Of a DNA stretch of 64,000 nt, positions 38,726-50,508 are shown one piece after another. Source of the DNA: Lama guanicoe (Eukaryota). The notes beneath the pieces were generated by a model that made no database searches, was not told the DNA's origin, and saw nothing but the letters and a program-made list of their open reading frames with translations. A program made the position numbers and the translations under genes. The stretch is from the NCBI GenBank assembly GCA_013239625.1, contig MU056737.1:4543846-4607845 (forward strand). Direction: 5' to 3'. Position 1 is the first letter of the stretch. Every line of letters starts with the position of its first letter.

Positions 38726-41700
38726 CGCAGTGAACTCGGGCTGGCTCGAAGCGAAATCTAGCCACCATCAGCGTCCTCCTCATGCTGGACACAGCCTCCC
38801 CGCAGAGCCTCCTCATCTGCAGACGGGGGAGGACACGGGAGTCAGGACACCACACCCGAGGGGCCCTGATCCACACGGGCCGCTGCCTGCTGCACTGCGC
38901 CACCAAGGGCCGTGCGGAGCCCTGTCTGCCGACCACCACTGTCTTGAGCAAGAATCTCTCCGCTCCCTTCCTGGGGAAATCGGAGCTTGGAAGTTTCCAA
39001 GAAGGAAGCAGCATTCCCTCAGCCCCTAAACTTAAATGTTCCGTCGCAAAGCGACCAGACGTGTGAGGCTTGTGTCCCGCTGTTCTACCAGATCCAAACG
39101 GCTCCTCACCTGCCAGGAAAGCTAAGAGGGGCACCGACTCTCCAACAAGAAGACAGGAAATGCCCATCCTGGCGCCGCTGCCTCCGACCTGTCCGGGGCC
39201 AAGGGGCGTGGTGATCAGAGTCACCCCAGCAGCACACGCAGCCTCACTGGCCACCCGGAGGCCTTGAGCCCGGTCGCCCCCTGCCCGGGGCCCGGTCAGC
39301 AGAGCAGGGCAGCACCGGACGTGCTTCCACACAAGAGCTTCCGAGTTTCAGAGGGAGTCCTTAGGGTGCGAGGACCCAGGCTCAGAAAACATGGGCACAC
39401 ACCGCGTGTCGAGCCACAGTCATTCCTTTCTGGAGAACCGCGGGGCACAGGCCCTGGGCGTCTCTGCAGCGTCTCGAGGTGTTTTGTACGTCTTTGTAAC
39501 ACAATTTGCTGAGTGCGTCGACTAGGATTCTGAGGCAGAAATCCACGCATACACGTAATAACGCAAACGTCCCCTCTCCGGCTGTCGCTGCCGAGCGAGA
39601 CTCACCCCAAGAGAAAAGACCCGCCGTCCCTGGATTCCGCCGAAGGAGACAGGCCGCCAACGGCTTGAGAAAAACCCCTTTGTACCTTTCAAGGAACAAC
39701 AGGAACAAAGCGGGCCCGCCGGAGAGCACACACAAAGGCGGCCGGGGTTTAGGGTTATTTGGGGACGTAATTAGTGGCAACAGGGCCAGACGAAGGAGGG
39801 GTGCACAAAGCCTGGGAGAAAGAGAAATGGGTTCATTAGGGTGTGCGGGGGCGGGGGCAATCACTCCGTGGACAGGACAAACCCCCGAGAACGCGCTGCA
39901 AGGGGGGGCTCCCTGGGGCGGGGCCCGAGCCCAGCAGGGTGAAAACAGGGGGGCAGAGGCACCCCAACCCCACAGAGGAGGAGGAGGCCGCCCGCCTCGT
40001 CACGAGCAGGCGGCCACGGGGCCTGGGGGCACAGGGAGGCCCCCACAGAAGCTTGGACGTAGAGCCCACACCCTGAGAGAGCAGGGCCCCTGCGACGCCA
40101 CGTGGAAGGGCTCCGCTCGGGGAGGGGTGCAGGCTTCCCCTTATTTTTTACTTATATTTTCTAAGTGGAGCAGGCGTGAACGGTTGTAATAAAAAACAAT
40201 ACCAGGCAGGTTTACACTTGGTATGATTAAACGGGAGTGAAAGGCCTGGGAAGGCAGAGGCCAGCACTGCCTCGTCAAGAAAAAGCACAGAAGGGCCAGC
40301 AGAGCGGCGTCTGAGCGGCCGGCCGGCCGGCCTCGAGCGGCTGCGACCTGGAAGGAGCTGCCCCTCCCGGGCCGGCTGGGCTGCTGTGAGCCCACAAGCG
40401 GTGACTCACGGCTTGGTTTACGGGAGCTATTTCAGGGAGATGTTCTCACCGTAAATGGCTCGTCTGATTAGTGCTGCTCTGGGAAGTGGAAACGGGCGTG
40501 GGCTGTGTGCGCTGGGTGGGCGCTCCCGGCTCCGGGGGCCCGTGCCGCCTCGGGGGAGGCTGAGGGGCACAGGGCCACGGCCATCGCTGAGGGAGAAGCA
40601 GAGGAACCTGCCTCCTCCTCCCGGGAGGGCAGAGCCAGAGCTAAGCCCTAGGTGACCGGCCCTCACCCAGGCCAGCCCGGCACCTGTCCCCGGGGCGGAG
40701 CCTCGGTCCTCAGCCCCGCCTCCCTTTCACTGACTCGTGAAGCGAAGTCAGCAACGCTCGCCCGGACAGTCTCACCACCCCCGCCCGGCTGCTCAGCGAT
40801 GCTCAGACGGCCTTTACGTCTCCAGGGCGGGACGGCACACTCACGTGCGCACACACGTGCACACCCCCCACGGGGAGAAGCACCTCTGCAGACGGAATCC
40901 TAAGGTGGGTCCCAGAGCTTTAACTAGGGACGCGGCGCCCCCCAGCCCCCGACACCCCAACAACAGCTTCGGCTGCAAACCCATGCTCTTCTGGTCGGAT
41001 GCAGCTGCGTTATTTTAATAACCCAGGTCCCACAACGTCAGTAAAGTCCCCGAGACGCTCCACCACCAGCAGTGTTTACTGAGCAGCATGGAGTGATCGT
41101 TCCCATTCTACAAATGTTTTCTCAAAATAACAGTTAAAGATACAGACACATTTTAACTAAGAAGTGAAAATGATTTTCAAGTCTCTTAGAAGTCTGGAAG
41201 TCCCCGCCCTCCCTGCCGCCCTGCCCCTGCCCCCAAGCCAGGCTCCCCCAGCCGGTCCTGTCCTGGTCTCTGGCCGTCTTCATGTTAGCGACCTCTTGCC
41301 TCCCAAGCTCGAAGACAGAAGTCCCTTTCCAGCTCCCTCATGCCCAGCACAGATCCACGGAGGCTTCAGTAGGTGCCAGCTGGCTGGTGGGCATCACTGC
41401 CTGCAGCAGCCCCTGGGGGACCGAGGGCCCCGGGCAGCAGCCGAGGTGACGCAGGAGGTGCGGCGGGGGGAGCTGGAGTCAGGTCCTGCTGCCGGAGGCG
41501 CAGACGAGGCAGCGCTGTGACATCCTTTGGGAGCCCCGTGGACGGCTCGGAGGGGCCATCATTCTCCATGGTTGTGAAGTGCAGGAGAGCCCTCGGCCTC
41601 ACAGACTCTGCGGCTGGCACGCTGCCCGAAGTGGGGCTCAGAGGGCACGTTACTGAGCGCGCTCCGCCTCCTCCAGGACGCAGCTCACGCCCCCGCTGGG

Positions 41701-44700
41701 GCGCAGGCCGGCCCCTCATCCAAAGCCTGTCAGTCCTTGCAGACCAGACACACACTCCTCTTCCTCACGTGCTCTGCTCCTGATAAGTCCCGGGGCAAAT
41801 CAGGACAGAGTTGTGAAAATGGAAGCGCAGGGAGGAACCACACAGCTCAACAGGCATCTTCTTTCTCCCCCGACTGTCGCTGACGTGGCTTCTGTAACGA
41901 CCTTTAACGCTTCAGCTGAAAGCTGGAACTGGAGACGTGGGAGGGGGCGTGTCTGACCTGCAGCCGTGGCAACACTCCAGCCGACCCAGGAGGTCTCAGT
42001 CCCACTGCCAAGCCCCGCTCCCCAAGCCGGGCCACCAGCGATGGGCAAATAACGCAGTAGGCACAACCGGAAGCTTCCTGGACTCCTGCAGCTGACGACT
42101 CCCCGACCTTGACGTTCCAAGGGTTCCCCAAGTCAGACGTCCTGGCTCAACTCGGGCGAAGGAGGTCTGCGCGGCCCCACCTGTGTGCCCGGGCCGTCCA
42201 GGCTGGCACGCAGGCGGCTGGAAGCGGCCACGCCAGGCGGAGACAGATGCCCACCTCCTCAGAGCAGCCTGGGCCAGACATGGGCTGAGTTCTACCGGAA
42301 GCCCTGGTCGCCTTCCTAACCCTCGTCTTGCTCAAGAGATGAGGAGCCCTCACCACCCGTCCTCACTGCCACCGTCACTGTGTCCTCATCCACCACCCTC
42401 AGCACCCACGGAGCGCCTCCTCTGGGCCGGGTGCCGCCCCGCACGCTGGCAGTCTCGGCTGACGGGTTCACGGGGGCTCTAAAGCACCCCCCACCCCCAG
42501 CTCTTCCCACACCGATACCTCAGTTCAACGTGTTGACGAGGTTTCACGGAGCATGGGGAGGGCCCCCCTGGTGCTGCGTGTTTACCCCACAGACCTGGCA
42601 TTTCAGAAACGCCTCCTCTGGAGGGAGGGCACAGTGGGGACGGTGAGCCTGGTCCCCAGCCCAGGTCTCTCTCAGCCACAGCCATCGCTCCCGACGCGAA
42701 GGGCGATGCGAGGATGGCAGGAGGGTTCGACGGGAGGGCCCTGTGCCGGGCCGGGAGGCGGGCGGAGAGGGGGTCTGGGCCAGCTGACAGATGGGTTGCT
42801 CTGCGGATAAAGCAGGGCTGGAGGGCTTTCAGGGTGGGAAGCGAGGGCTGCACAAAGGCCCAGAGGCAGGGGCGCACAGGGGACCTCCCTGGGCTGAGGA
42901 GGAGCCGGCCAGGAGCACAAAAGGGATTCACAGTCCCACTCTGCATCCAGCGCCTATCAGGCCAAAGGGCAGGGCCGGGGTGGGGGCGGGGCGGTGGCGT
43001 CACGGAAGCAGCTGTCCCTCTGGTCTCAGAAATGGCACGTCACGGGGCCCAGTGCCTCCCCGGAGATCTGCTGGGAACTGCAACCGGCTGCGGGGCACAC
43101 GGATCTCTGACAACGGGTCTGGTGGCTCTGCCGCTGACGCGCTGGTGGCCGCGGCCAAGTCACTCCTGGTCTGTCTCTGCTCCACCTCTGCAGCTGAGCA
43201 GGGCAGGCTCTGCCCTCTGAGCCTGCGGGAGCTTCTGAAAGCCGCCACCTCCCGCCCAGAGGGAGCGGGGCGGAGCTCCCACGGGACATGGGCGTCTGCA
43301 TCGGCCTTCGAGTCAAGCCAGCTAGGGGGTGTCCTGCATCTCAGGCCGGAAGGGCTTTGAGGGCTGGGAGGAGGTGCCCGGAGAGGATCCGAGAGCAAGT
43401 GGATACCTGGGACACTGCTGGCCGGGGGACAAGGGCCATTTGTCACACGCAGGGCCTCAGCTCTGTTTGCTGCCCTGCTTGGAGTTGATTTGAAACCTGC
43501 AGACTCAAGGTGTGCCAAAGAAACCCACCTCTGGACAAGGGGCTCCCAGGAGCCGAGGAGCCAGCGCAGAATTAAAACGCCCGTGTCACCGCCATCACTG
43601 GGAAACGCGGGGTCCAAGGTCAGAAGAGACACAGTTCCAGAGCGGCTGGGGTTTTTGCCCAGTTTTCCCCCTCACATTTCAATTTCAAATTTTGGGGCCA
43701 CTTAACTCAGTATTTTTCTTCTCTTTGAATGTGGCAGAGGATGAGAAAGCCGGGGTGGGGGGAGAAAATCCTGCAACACGTGATCTAGGCATGACTCCCC
43801 TCCAGCGGGTTGTTACGTTTCACACACCAGTCCGTGTTTTGGTTCCTCCTGCAGGAGCACCTCGGGCTCCAGTCACAGGGCGTGTGTTGCGCGTTTATGG
43901 GAGAGCTGATGCTGGGAACACTCCCCTCCTGGTTATTCCCTGGCTTCACTGTCTTTACAAAAAAATGCAAATGATAAAGTGCTCACCTATAAAGCAAACC
44001 CAAAATTTTAAACTTTAATTAGAGGGTTTACACGTAGCTTCACACTGACACTAACACCCTGCGTGCACGAACAACCCGGCAGCTACCTGACTTGCGATTA
44101 AACGTCACAAAGTCAACCCAAGGGTAAACCTGCCTGCCTGTCCCTCCCTCCCTTCAACACCACGGAGCTGTGCGGGTTAAAACATCTGGCCTTGCTTGCC
44201 AATGTAACCGCCTGGATATTCTCCAAATAACCCTAAACACAGACACACACACACAGAGCCTTCCTTTGACGCCTGCTTTCTTTTTCACGCTCACAAGTCT
44301 GAAGAGCATACTTTTTCACAGCTGTCGCCGCCCGCACCGGAGGGCCTCCGGTGAGTGTCTCGCTCTTGCTGACGGAAAAACGACCCCCAGATTCCCAAAG
44401 AAGAACACCCCAGTGCAGACTTAAGAACAGCCGGTTCGACGCAGAAGAGAAACGCTGTTCCGTGGTGTCTCTCACCGTGGCTGTGGCCCTCCTGAAGAAC
44501 GACGAAGGCCGGCACAGACTGGCCTGGCACAAGTAAGAGGACTCTCCGCCTGGTTCCTGGAATTCCCTCCGTTTCATCTGTGCATCCAAGACCCTCCCAG
44601 ACCTGGGCTCAGCTCTTCCCAAACGTCTCTCTCTCCTCAGCGTGAGCTTCAGCTCCAAGAAGACTTCTCCGTCTGCCACCCAGACTTACGGCGTCATCGG

Positions 44701-46772
44701 TTCCATCTTCTCCCGGGCACCTGCCTGTGTTTCTCCCCCTCTGAGCCCCCTTCCCCACCTCCTCTGGGAAGCCCTCCCTGACCTTCCCAGGCTCCCTGTG
44801 GGCCACCACAGAGCTGCCTGTCTCAGGCATGTGCTTAACACCGGTGCGAACCGGCCTGACATTCACGCTCTGATGAGATGTAAAGTTCTCTTGTCCCCGT
44901 TGTTCCAGAAGATGTGACTCTATCGTTATGAGAAATAAGCTTTCTAGAAAAAGGATGTTCTGGAAGAGTTCTCAGTTCAGCCGTGCAGTCTTCCCCAGGC
45001 TCTCTGAGGTGTCTGTGCCTCGAGGGTGACCCACGCGCCGACAGGGACGCAGTGTTTGGGAGCCACACACAGGCCAGGCCCTCAAGCAGAACTCCGCGCC
45101 CAGAGCAGCTGCCAGCCAGGGCTGGGAAGACGAGGGGCGGCCACGGGCTGGGAGCCACGGAGAACTCCAAGCCCAAAGGGGCCTGGGGCCCTGGGGAGGG
45201 TGACGCCAGCGCCCAGTGTCCCTGGGCAGGAGGCGGCCGCCGGGCCGACTGCTCTGTGTCGGGGACTCGTGCTGGGGCCCGTCTTCCTCTGTCACGTCCC
45301 TGAATGTGCCTCCTCTGACATTTGGAAACTGCTGTCCCCTGCCGATTCCCCTGGGTTTGACCGGTTTGCCTTCCTAGCACTCTCTCCCCTCGAAATACGC
45401 AGCTCCCATGTGCCTCTGACAGCCTGGGCCACCCCCGAGCGGCTGTTCCTCACTCTGCCACCTTCTGTAATCGCCCCTCTTCGATGCCGGGTACGTGTCG
45501 GGTTAAGAGCTGGGCTTGGCCATTCTTGACAGGCTAATGCATTTCACTGCAGATAATGCCACTCAGCATGGAGACGTCCTCCGGTGCCCACCGAGGGCGC
45601 GTCAGGGTGGACGACCTCAGGGCCAGCCCGAGCCTCCCGCTGCGGGTGCTGTGCGGGCCCACGGGGTCTGCTCACAGCCGCCAGACGGAGGCTGTCCCTG
45701 GGGGAGGCGGCGTGCAGAGAGCTGGGCTCTGGTGGAAGACGGCCCTGCATGGCCACCCCGCCCTCTACTCGGTGCGGACCACCGCTGCCACTTCTGCTGG
45801 CCCTCCGACAGCCTGCCCTGGAGAAGTCCTGCTCCCTCTCCCCCCGTGGCTGTTTTGGTCTAAACCCCTGTCTAACCCATCTTTCACACTTCCCTTTACT
45901 CTCTCAAGCTTCTCCTCCCCACACACACCTGATGTCAGGGCGGCTTCGCCTCTCTGAGAAGCAGTCCCATTGCAGCCGGTCCCCAAGCGCACCTGCCCGC
46001 GCAGCCGCCACGTCCCTCTCGTCCCAGGACCGCCCGAGCCCAGCCCTGGTGTGACAGGAGAGACATATGTCCTGGGTGGGGTGGGTGAGGGGACTGGAGG
46101 TGGCCCGGGCCCCAGTCTACACCCCGGGTCCATCTTCCTCCAGAGGGCAACCGAGGGCTGACTTGGCTGACCTCTGGCCCTGGACGGACGGTGAAGAAGA
46201 CCCCCTTCCCGGAAGCCACAGTGTCGCCGGAACCCTGTCTTCACACCCGCACCTCGCCAGATGCCTTCCTCAGAGTGTCCTCGACTTTACACGACCGTCT
46301 GGGTCTCCGGCTGCTTCCTCCGCAGGCTGGCTGCCCTAAGTTTTGCTTGAGAAAATGTGCCCAGGTCTCTGGATCAGGGCCCAAGGCTGAGAGCACCCCC
46401 ACAAAGGCAGGCGAGTGAGAAGCACACACTGGGGGCCCAGAGCCAAGCCGTCCGGATGAGCCCCCACAACAAAGACCGCTGGGAGCCCGTGATCCCCACA
46501 AGCAACAGGTCCTCAAACAGGATTTCGAACTGAAATGAGCCAACACCCCCACGACCTTCTCTGACCTCCAAGAGCGCCGTGAAGGGCACCCAGCCCTTTC
46601 CTGCCTGTGTTGTGGCGAGGAGGGCAGGGCTGTGAGAGGTGCCAGGCCCAGGCTCTGGCTGGTGCCACCAGGACAGGGGGCTTCGCGGGCTCTTCCATGG
46701 GTCCAAATAGCGGGAAAGAAAGAGTTAACAAGCAAAAAGCACAGCAAGAGGGAAAGAGACTCAGAAGGAAGA

Positions 46773-46966
46773 ATGTTGGGGGAGACTAAGGGCCTTGTCC
46801 ATGGAGCCACTGTCAGCACCATATGTAGGGGAGACTAAAGCCTTGTCCACGGAGCCACTGTCAGTGCCAGATGTGAGGGAGACTAAAGCCTTGTCCACGG
46901 AGCCACTGTCAGTGCCACATGTGAGGGAGACTAAAGGGCCTTGTCCACGAGCCACTGCCAGCCCCA
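46773..46966. repeat. Minisatellite, ~48-bp unit, ~4 copies
   Basis: Unit gggagactaaagccttgtccacggagccactgtcagtgccacatgtga is repeated head to tail with few mismatches. Confidence 0.92.
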
Positions 46967-49900
46967 TGGAGAGCTGAAATCCTCAGAGGACACCGTGGTC
47001 CTTGGTGCCGATGCCTGGGTTTGCAAGGCTGCCTGGGATCTCGGCAGGGGTCCTTGCATGGTCTCTGCAGCCGCTCCCAGCTTTCCTGCCTCCGGTCCCT
47101 GCTCCCTAGGCCTGTCCTGGTGGAGTCTGTCGCCCAGTGGTGAGGACCCCCAGTGCCTGAGTCCATCCTCTCGCCTGGAATGTCTGTCCCCCCATCTACC
47201 CACAGGTCCCTCCTTCCCGGGGCCCCCATGCAGCCTCCATCCACCTGCGGGCTCAGGTCTCCTCCCTGTGACCCTGAACCTATCTGATTTCCGTACCACA
47301 CTAGCCACCTCTTCACCATCGCTGGCTTCTTGTGCTGCTCACTGGGCTTCACGTGGTTTTATGGCAAACGCCTTGGCTACTTGAAATTATCAAGAGCAGA
47401 GACGTGGTGTCAGTCTTTCCTGAGTCTCCTGCAGCGCCTGTCACCACGAGGAGGGTGGGGGGGGAGGGGCCGCCAGAGCTTGAGACCAGAGAAGGTCCTG
47501 TCCCGTCTGCTGAGGGTCCCCAGCCAGCGGGCCCACTCTCTGGGCGTCTGGGGCTGAAATGCCCAGTTCAGCTCTGCCCCCTCCCCCGCAGGCCGGGGAC
47601 AAGTCACACCTTCTCCTATGCCCTTTCTCCACGTGTATAAGGCGGCCCTGACTGCTGGGAGTGGCCACATGGCGTGGCCAGGCAAGGCTTTCAAAGCCCC
47701 TTTGTGGGCATCATTCACAGGAGCTGGTGGCTGAGGATGAGGGCACCAGGGCGGGGGGCTCAGAGAGCCTTCCTGGGTGCAGGGCGCCATCAGACGCGCC
47801 CCTCTGGCTTTGGCAGGATGGAAGTGCTCTCTGACTCAGACAGTGAGCCGGGCAAGCAGACTAGAACATGCCCCGGACGGAAGCAGAGTAAATGGGGCAC
47901 CTGCCCTGCCCACCTCCCACACCGCCCTCACCTGGCAGCCGAGTGAGCACACGGAGCTCCCGCTCAGGGACATGTGCTCCCTTTGGTCATTCTAGGACAG
48001 GACGAGAGAACCCAGGAGAAGCCCCCGGCACAGACACAGAAGAGGGAAGACGCTTCCCAGCTTCCTGGCCTTCCTTGAGAAACAGGTCTCCACGTCAAAC
48101 CCAAACGCACGGCCACGCCACGAAAACGCAAACAGATCAGCGCAAGTAACTCAGCATCCGGAGGAAGCCACGGACTCCAGGCCCCGGGCTTCTCAGCATT
48201 AGACGTTCCAATCTTTTATTTTCCAAATATCTCATTGAGTGGCCTGTTATTTTTAATTAAGTCTGAGCTAATTATCTCTGTCTGATCGGGGGAGTGCCTG
48301 GCTATATTAGGGTGGCAACATGTTTCCTTTGTATGCTTAGCCATTTCCCTGGCAATGGTTCCAGACTTCAGCCTCCCCTGGAAGATCTATTTCCAAATCT
48401 CAGGAGCTATTTTTGAGGAAACACGTTGCACAGGAACCAGAGAAGGAGAGAGTCGTTGCTGCTTTTGGAAACTGCGTGCTGGAAAATTTAAGATTTAGGA
48501 GGAAAACATGCTACAAATTCATGTCTTCCAGAAACATGCCCGGACCCAGAGTGGAAAGATCTCTGGAAGGTTCAGCCGAGCTTGTCAGCTCTGATACTGA
48601 TCACCTGACACCAAACGCAGATGCGAAAAGCAGGCCCGGACACCCCCAGGGCTGACGGGTCCCTTCGCTCTCCTCACTGAAAAGGTGAGCAAGTTTTCCT
48701 TGGTTCTCGCAAGGCTGCCTCTAGGAGCACCCCCCGGATAGCAACGTGGCACTGACTGTGTGTAGGGGAGCCCAGGCCTGTTCTGGGGTCACAGAGCACA
48801 GGAAGGCCACCTGGCTGCTACCTGACCAGACGGAACACGCACACCTGCAAAAGCAGCCGGAACCTGGAGAGTTTCCGGGGAAGTCCACCTGCAGACACTG
48901 GTGCTGTCAGCTCCTCCCGCAAAGGCAGAATGTGCACAACTCTAACCCAGCTCTCCAGCTTGACGTGGTGGCAGCACACGGAGACGGTGCTGGGTAGTAT
49001 TTTAGGGCAGCGTTTCATTTTTGAAGCAGGATAGATTCTGCTTACCGGAAACTCACCAAAAAAAAAAAATTCTTCTGACTCGAAAATTTAAACATAAAGC
49101 AAAGCAAAGGCCCTGTAAGACACACAGCCAACCAAGACAGGAAGGGCCGGCGTGGGAACCTGCGGTGGGATCAACGAAGCCGCAAGTGACGTCACAGGTT
49201 TTCGCCCGAATCGGGAAACGTTTCTGCGACCAGCGATACACCAAGCAGAGAAGAGTCAATGCAGCCAGGAGAAGGCCCCCTAATTCAAAAGCCAGGAGCA
49301 AAGCCAGCCTGGGGCACGTCCCCGTGGCCAGCCCAGCCCCCCTGGCTCGCAGGTGAGCGGTCAGGCGCTGGAGCATCGGAGCAGCAGCTTCCAGCAACGG
49401 CAGGGGCGCTGGGTGGCTGTTTACAGGTCCTGCACCCACCGCCGCCCCTCCTCCAGGTCTGGTTCCAGAGCCTCCAAAAACAAGGGAGCCTGCTGGGTAT
49501 TGTGGGATAAACTATCAAAAGAGGCCCTGCTGAAAATTCCGAAGCAGCCTCTGCCCGGCGCGGGAAGGGAGAGGGGCCGGCAGGATGCGCAAGTTGCTGC
49601 TCTGAGATGATCAAAGCTTCAGAGACACACATGCAACATTCAAAGAGACTCGGAGAGGAAAAGGCGGGGAACGTCTTCTAACCATCTAACGACTTGTTTC
49701 TGCAGTTTTGCCCAATCACCGTCCGCAGAAGTGGGACACCTCCCGGCAAACGTGCACAGCGCGCTGCTCACCCAGCACCACAGCCCGGTGCGCACGCGCC
49801 ACCTCCGTGCGCGCTTACGAGCGCAGGTAACACGGATGCGGCGTGACACGCCAACTCGGGGGAGAAAGCCCAAAAGCAAAGAACCTAGCTTTTTCAATAA

Positions 49901-50366
49901 TGAAGTACAGGTTTAATCCAAACATATTATGTTTATCTGCTTAGGAGGAAAAAATAACATTCACTAAAGCAATGGGGGAAAGTTTGGTGGCGGTATTCCA
50001 TTGAAACATGAGCTTTAAAAGTGGGTTTCAGTTCTTCAGAAAGTTAACACACCTGACCCTGGCACGTGTGAGCAAGCTGAACGTCCACGGGTAACCTGGC
50101 GAGACTGGCGGCTCCTTAAGTGCTTAAGTGCAAGCGTCTACCCAGGGAGCTCTGATTTCCCAGTAGGCAAAGCAAACAAAACCCACACACTCACACGTGT
50201 AAACCAAGAAAACTTTGAAATGCTAGCTCTGTCTCTGAAGTAGTTCTATTTTCAGGGAGAAACGGAAAAAGGTGTAAACATGTTTGCATGAGAAGCTAAT
50301 ACTGCAAACTGCTCACTGTGTTGAAACAACTTAAGGAAAGCCCACGATTACTCAGGAGGGTTCCGT

Positions 50367-50508
50367 GGGCCCGCGGCCCCTCACCCCACATCACTGACCA
50401 TGCACGGCCGGGGGCCCGCGGCCCCTCACCCCACACCACTGACCATGCACGGCCGGGGGCCCGCGACCCCCACACCCCACACCGCCGACCACGCACACAC
50501 CGGGGGCC
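50367..50508. repeat. Minisatellite, 45-bp unit, ~3 copies (third degenerate)
   Basis: Unit gggcccgcggcccctcaccccacaccactgaccatgcacggccgg. Confidence 0.9.

Noticed and set aside
381-46960. REST/NRSE sites (half matches near 391, 5032, 23851, 36508 and in the 48-bp repeat)
   Set aside because: Only one half-site matches in each case; there is no full TTCAGCACCnnGGACAG element.
46773-46966. Direct repeats as a CRISPR array or repeat-protein gene
   Set aside because: The units are head to tail with no unique spacers, there are no cas genes, and the context is mammalian. The 16-aa periodic ORF only reflects the 48-bp unit.
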